Shown one piece after another: positions 61,763 to 64,000 of a stretch of DNA of 64,000 nucleotides (its first letter is position 1; each line of letters starts with the position of its first letter). The DNA is taken from positions 2,109 through 66,108 of the forward strand of contig JAUVVB010000010.1 in assembly GCA_030604825.1 (NCBI GenBank), written 5' to 3'. Made by a program: the position numbers and the translations under genes. Origin of the DNA: Chloroflexota bacterium (GTDB lineage Bacteria > Chloroflexota > Dehalococcoidia > E44-bin15). Under the pieces are notes generated by a model. It had not been told where the DNA came from and searched no databases. It saw only the letters and a list, made by a program, of their open reading frames with translations.

Positions 61763-61840
61763 TGCAGGCGGTTTCACTATTGGCTCCCCAGTGCTCAAGT
61801 GACCAGCTACAAGCACCGGTTCACTGCCCCTGCAAATATT
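61763..61840 (-). ncRNA. c-di-GMP-II-type riboswitch
   Basis: Minus: P1 TGCAGG/CCTGCA, TGAA...GGAG internal loop, stem CCGGTGCTT/GAGCACTGG, loop GGTCAC pairing with GTGAAACC (pseudoknot); matches the class II architecture as recalled. Confidence 0.8.
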
Positions 61841-61863
61841 AACGCCTTATTTATTTCTTAAAT

Positions 61864-62547
61864 TTATTCCTTCTCCCGCCACACGCCCTTAACGAAGACC
61901 TTCTCCTTCCTTGGACGCCGTGGCAACTCTAGCCCCGCTTCCCTGGCGTATTTGATCATCCTCGCCAGCTCAGCCACCCTCCTGCCGACATACCTGGTTC
62001 TTATTATGCCGGCGGCATCGTCCAGCACGCCATGCTCTAGGAAATCGGGCCGCTGACCGTAGGCCCTAGCGCTTGCCACTGCGGTGGACCACGCCACCGG
62101 AATCATCTCCAACGTTTGGATCAGCGAGTAAAGAACGCTGGTCGCCCATTCCATTCCCACTCCGAACCATCCCAGGGTTAGCGCCCCAGCAGGCAGGGTC
62201 CGGAACCGGTGATGGAAGAAAGTGCTCTCCCGGGTTCTGGACACCAGATTCAACAGAGGGGGGGCCAGGGTTAGATCCCATGTGGGCCCGCCCAGAATCA
62301 TCCCGTCCGCCCTTTGCATGGCTTCGTAGACCATGTGAAAATCATCTTTCACCTTACACGGTGCCCGGTTCTCAATGCACCACTGACAGTGTACGCAGGC
62401 AGCAATTTTCTTATCCGCCAAGGTAATGAACTCCGTCTCCACCCCTTCAAATGCTGCGGCGGCTGCTTTTAGGGCTTCCTGGACCATCTTGTCGCAGTTT
62501 CCATCCTTGATAGGCGTTCCAGAAATCCCCAAAATCCTGACATTCAT
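61864..62547 (-). CDS. flavodoxin family / iron-sulfur flavoprotein
   Basis: ILGISGTP..GN, CVHCQWC....C.VKDD, ADGMILGGP. Confidence 0.85.
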   Translation of the reverse strand: MNVRILGISGTPIKDGNCDKMVQEALKAAAAAFEGVETEFITLADKKIAACVHCQWCIENRAPCKVKDDFHMVYEAMQRADGMILGGPTWDLTLAPPLLNLVSRTRESTFFHHRFRTLPAGALTLGWFGVGMEWATSVLYSLIQTLEMIPVAWSTAVASARAYGQRPDFLEHGVLDDAAGIIRTRYVGRRVAELARMIKYAREAGLELPRRPRKEKVFVKGVWREKE

Positions 62548-62644
62548 GCTTTTCCTCCTTTTAAGGGCGAGACTTTAGTACACTGATAGTAAGGAAGTAG
62601 TATCGTAGTACCAGAAAAACATTATATCAGAAATTGTCGATATG

Positions 62645-62682
62645 AAAAAGCCCCTTACCTGGTTTAACCAAAGGTAGGGGGT
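62645..62682 (-). terminator. intrinsic terminator downstream of 5S rRNA
   Basis: Minus cccctacct-ttggttaaacc-aggtaagggg-cttttt. Confidence 0.6.
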
Positions 62683-62841
62683 GGGGGTACAAAAGTACTA
62701 AAAAGTACTAGAAAGGCGGCCAACATCTACCAAACGCTAGCCACAAAACTTCCGGCAAAAGGGGCTGATTAAGCGATAGAGGATTGGCACAATAAAGCCA
62801 TGTAGCACACCACAAGCCACAGCAACCAAGACGAAAAAAAC

Positions 62842-62962
62842 TTCCCGGCAGTGGCATATTTTCCACACCCCGTTGCCAGGGCAGTATCGTCTGCGCTGGG
62901 GCGTTTCACTTCCGTGTTCGGGATGGGAACGGGTGGGTCCACCCCGCTCTAACCACCGGGAA
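62842..62962 (-). rRNA. rrf: 5S rRNA (stand-alone)
   Basis: TTCCCGGTGG...CACCCGTTCCCATCCCGAACACGGAAGTGAA...CTGCCGGGAA with complementary ends. Confidence 0.95.
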
Positions 62963-63060
62963 GCTTCTGTATTTTAGCACACTATCTGACAAAAGAAAAG
63001 AGCCTTTAGTATGGAGATTTTGTATCTAAATCACGACTTTTAGGTTTTATCTGGTAACCC

Positions 63061-63138
63061 CATCCCCCTTGGTCCCCTTCTCCTTCAAAGGAGAGGGGGA
63101 AGAAAAAAAAGAGGGGCTTTCGCCCCTCTTAAACGCCC
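63061..63138. repeat. REP-like double palindrome
   Basis: tccccttctcctt-caa-aggagaggggga followed by aagaggggc-tttc-gcccctctt. Confidence 0.6.
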
Positions 63139-63266
63139 TGTAAATTAGGTAGTGTTTTTAGTAATTTTTTTTGACGCAATGCATAGGCTTTACGATGCAA
63201 AATAGTATATTGACGAACAACATTGCGAGTAGTAGATTAGTCGTAAAATAATAAGGATGGTGTAAA

Positions 63267-63419
63267 ATGTCAAAGATTATTACGTGTCCAGTTTGTCATG
63301 GGTCTGGTCAGGTAAGAAAAACAATGAAAGGTTTACGATTGATAAACGAAGGTGCACCAGGCAGTACGGAAAAAGTGCCCTGTGATAATTGCCACGGAAC
63401 AGGCAAAGTCAGAGTTTAA
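63267..63419 (+). CDS. 50-aa DnaJ-type zinc-finger microprotein
   Basis: MSKIITCPVCHGSGQV...VPCDNCHGTGKVRV (two CxxCxGxG); TTGACG-17-TAGATT promoter at 63210-63238. Confidence 0.7.
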   Translation: MSKIITCPVCHGSGQVRKTMKGLRLINEGAPGSTEKVPCDNCHGTGKVRV

Positions 63420-63446
63420 CCCACAAGTAAGCGGTTTATAAACACT

Positions 63447-63713
63447 ATGGTACGAGTAATAGGTTTTGGTATAACCATTGCAGCAGGTATTTTAGGTACA
63501 GCATATTTTATGTTTGGCATCCTATCTATTGAATTCTGGATAGGTGTAGCCGTTTGTGCACTATTAATATGGTGGGCTTATTCAAGATATAGAAAATTAT
63601 ATACCATTGTAGAGTGTTCAAATTGCCACCGTAGAATGAGTTATAAACGATTTAGGGATGCGGGCGGATGTCCAAAGTGTGGCACAGACTTATATATCCC
63701 AAGGAGTAAGTAA
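63447..63713 (+). CDS. small membrane protein with C-terminal zinc ribbon
   Basis: Two TMs, then CSNC...CPKCG. Confidence 0.7.
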   Translation: MVRVIGFGITIAAGILGTAYFMFGILSIEFWIGVAVCALLIWWAYSRYRKLYTIVECSNCHRRMSYKRFRDAGGCPKCGTDLYIPRSK

Positions 63714-63715
63714 GT

Positions 63716-64000
63716 ATGGAAGAACAACGCACACCGAGTTACTGGGCTCTAAAGACTACGGAAGGTAGAGACGGTCATGATTGTTGGGACCGATTCTTTG
63801 GCGAGGGTGTCGAGGGTGTTATCGCAATAGGATGGCATTTAATAACCGTTAGTCCGGCTATGGTCAGCAAAGAGCAACTTATATCCTCAATAAAGGAAGC
63901 ATATCCTAAAGATGATGCGAAGTACGGCGCGCGTAAAATCAAACAGTTCATAGAGATTGCTGAGGAAGATAGAGTCCTAATCTGTCGGGGGTATGCACCA
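63716..64000 (+). CDS. partial ORF, N-terminus resembles EVE/PUA-like domains of McrB/Mrr-type restriction proteins
   Basis: MEEQRTPSYWALK...CWDRF...VIAIGW...IKQFIEIAEEDRVLI; open to window end. Confidence 0.5.
   Translation, partial: MEEQRTPSYWALKTTEGRDGHDCWDRFFGEGVEGVIAIGWHLITVSPAMVSKEQLISSIKEAYPKDDAKYGARKIKQFIEIAEEDRVLICRGYAP

Noticed and set aside
62746-62758. aaaacttccggca resembling the 5S 3' end as a possible att duplication
   Set aside because: Too short and imperfect, and only about 90 bp from the gene

Overview
GC-rich bacterial chromosome segment, most likely Chloroflexota/Dehalococcoidia. This is inferred from gene content and order: a BNR/FN3 S-layer-like surface protein, an ilv-leu operon ending in cimA, an archaeal-type endonuclease IV and a TreT-like glycosyltransferase. 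The backbone is housekeeping: polA, argF, der-plsY-gpsA, hrcA-grpE-dnaK-dnaJ-prmA-rsmE with a perfect CIRCE, fabH-bioY, pyrG-fsa-rho, tyrA-aroA-remA-gmk, pyrD, ilvDBNC-leuACDB-cimA and clpC-radA-larE-larC. Non-obvious features: (1) a 4.4-kb integrase-less islet flanked by tRNA-Thr(CGT) and a duplicate of the tRNA's 5' half, in which three unrelated cargo genes each sit behind a copy of the same structured promoter/leader; (2) an ilv-leu operon interleaved with foreign or defence-like genes (Mrr, an HNH-like protein, a NYN RNase with a convergent small RNA) plus a Csp/RRM cassette bounded by a duplicated leuC tail; (3) a c-di-GMP-II-like riboswitch whose 3' strand can occlude the RBS and start codon of a small membrane protein; (4) a stand-alone 5S rRNA at the edge of an AT-rich accessory region. 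All calls were made by eye from the sequence and ORF track; no searches were run.
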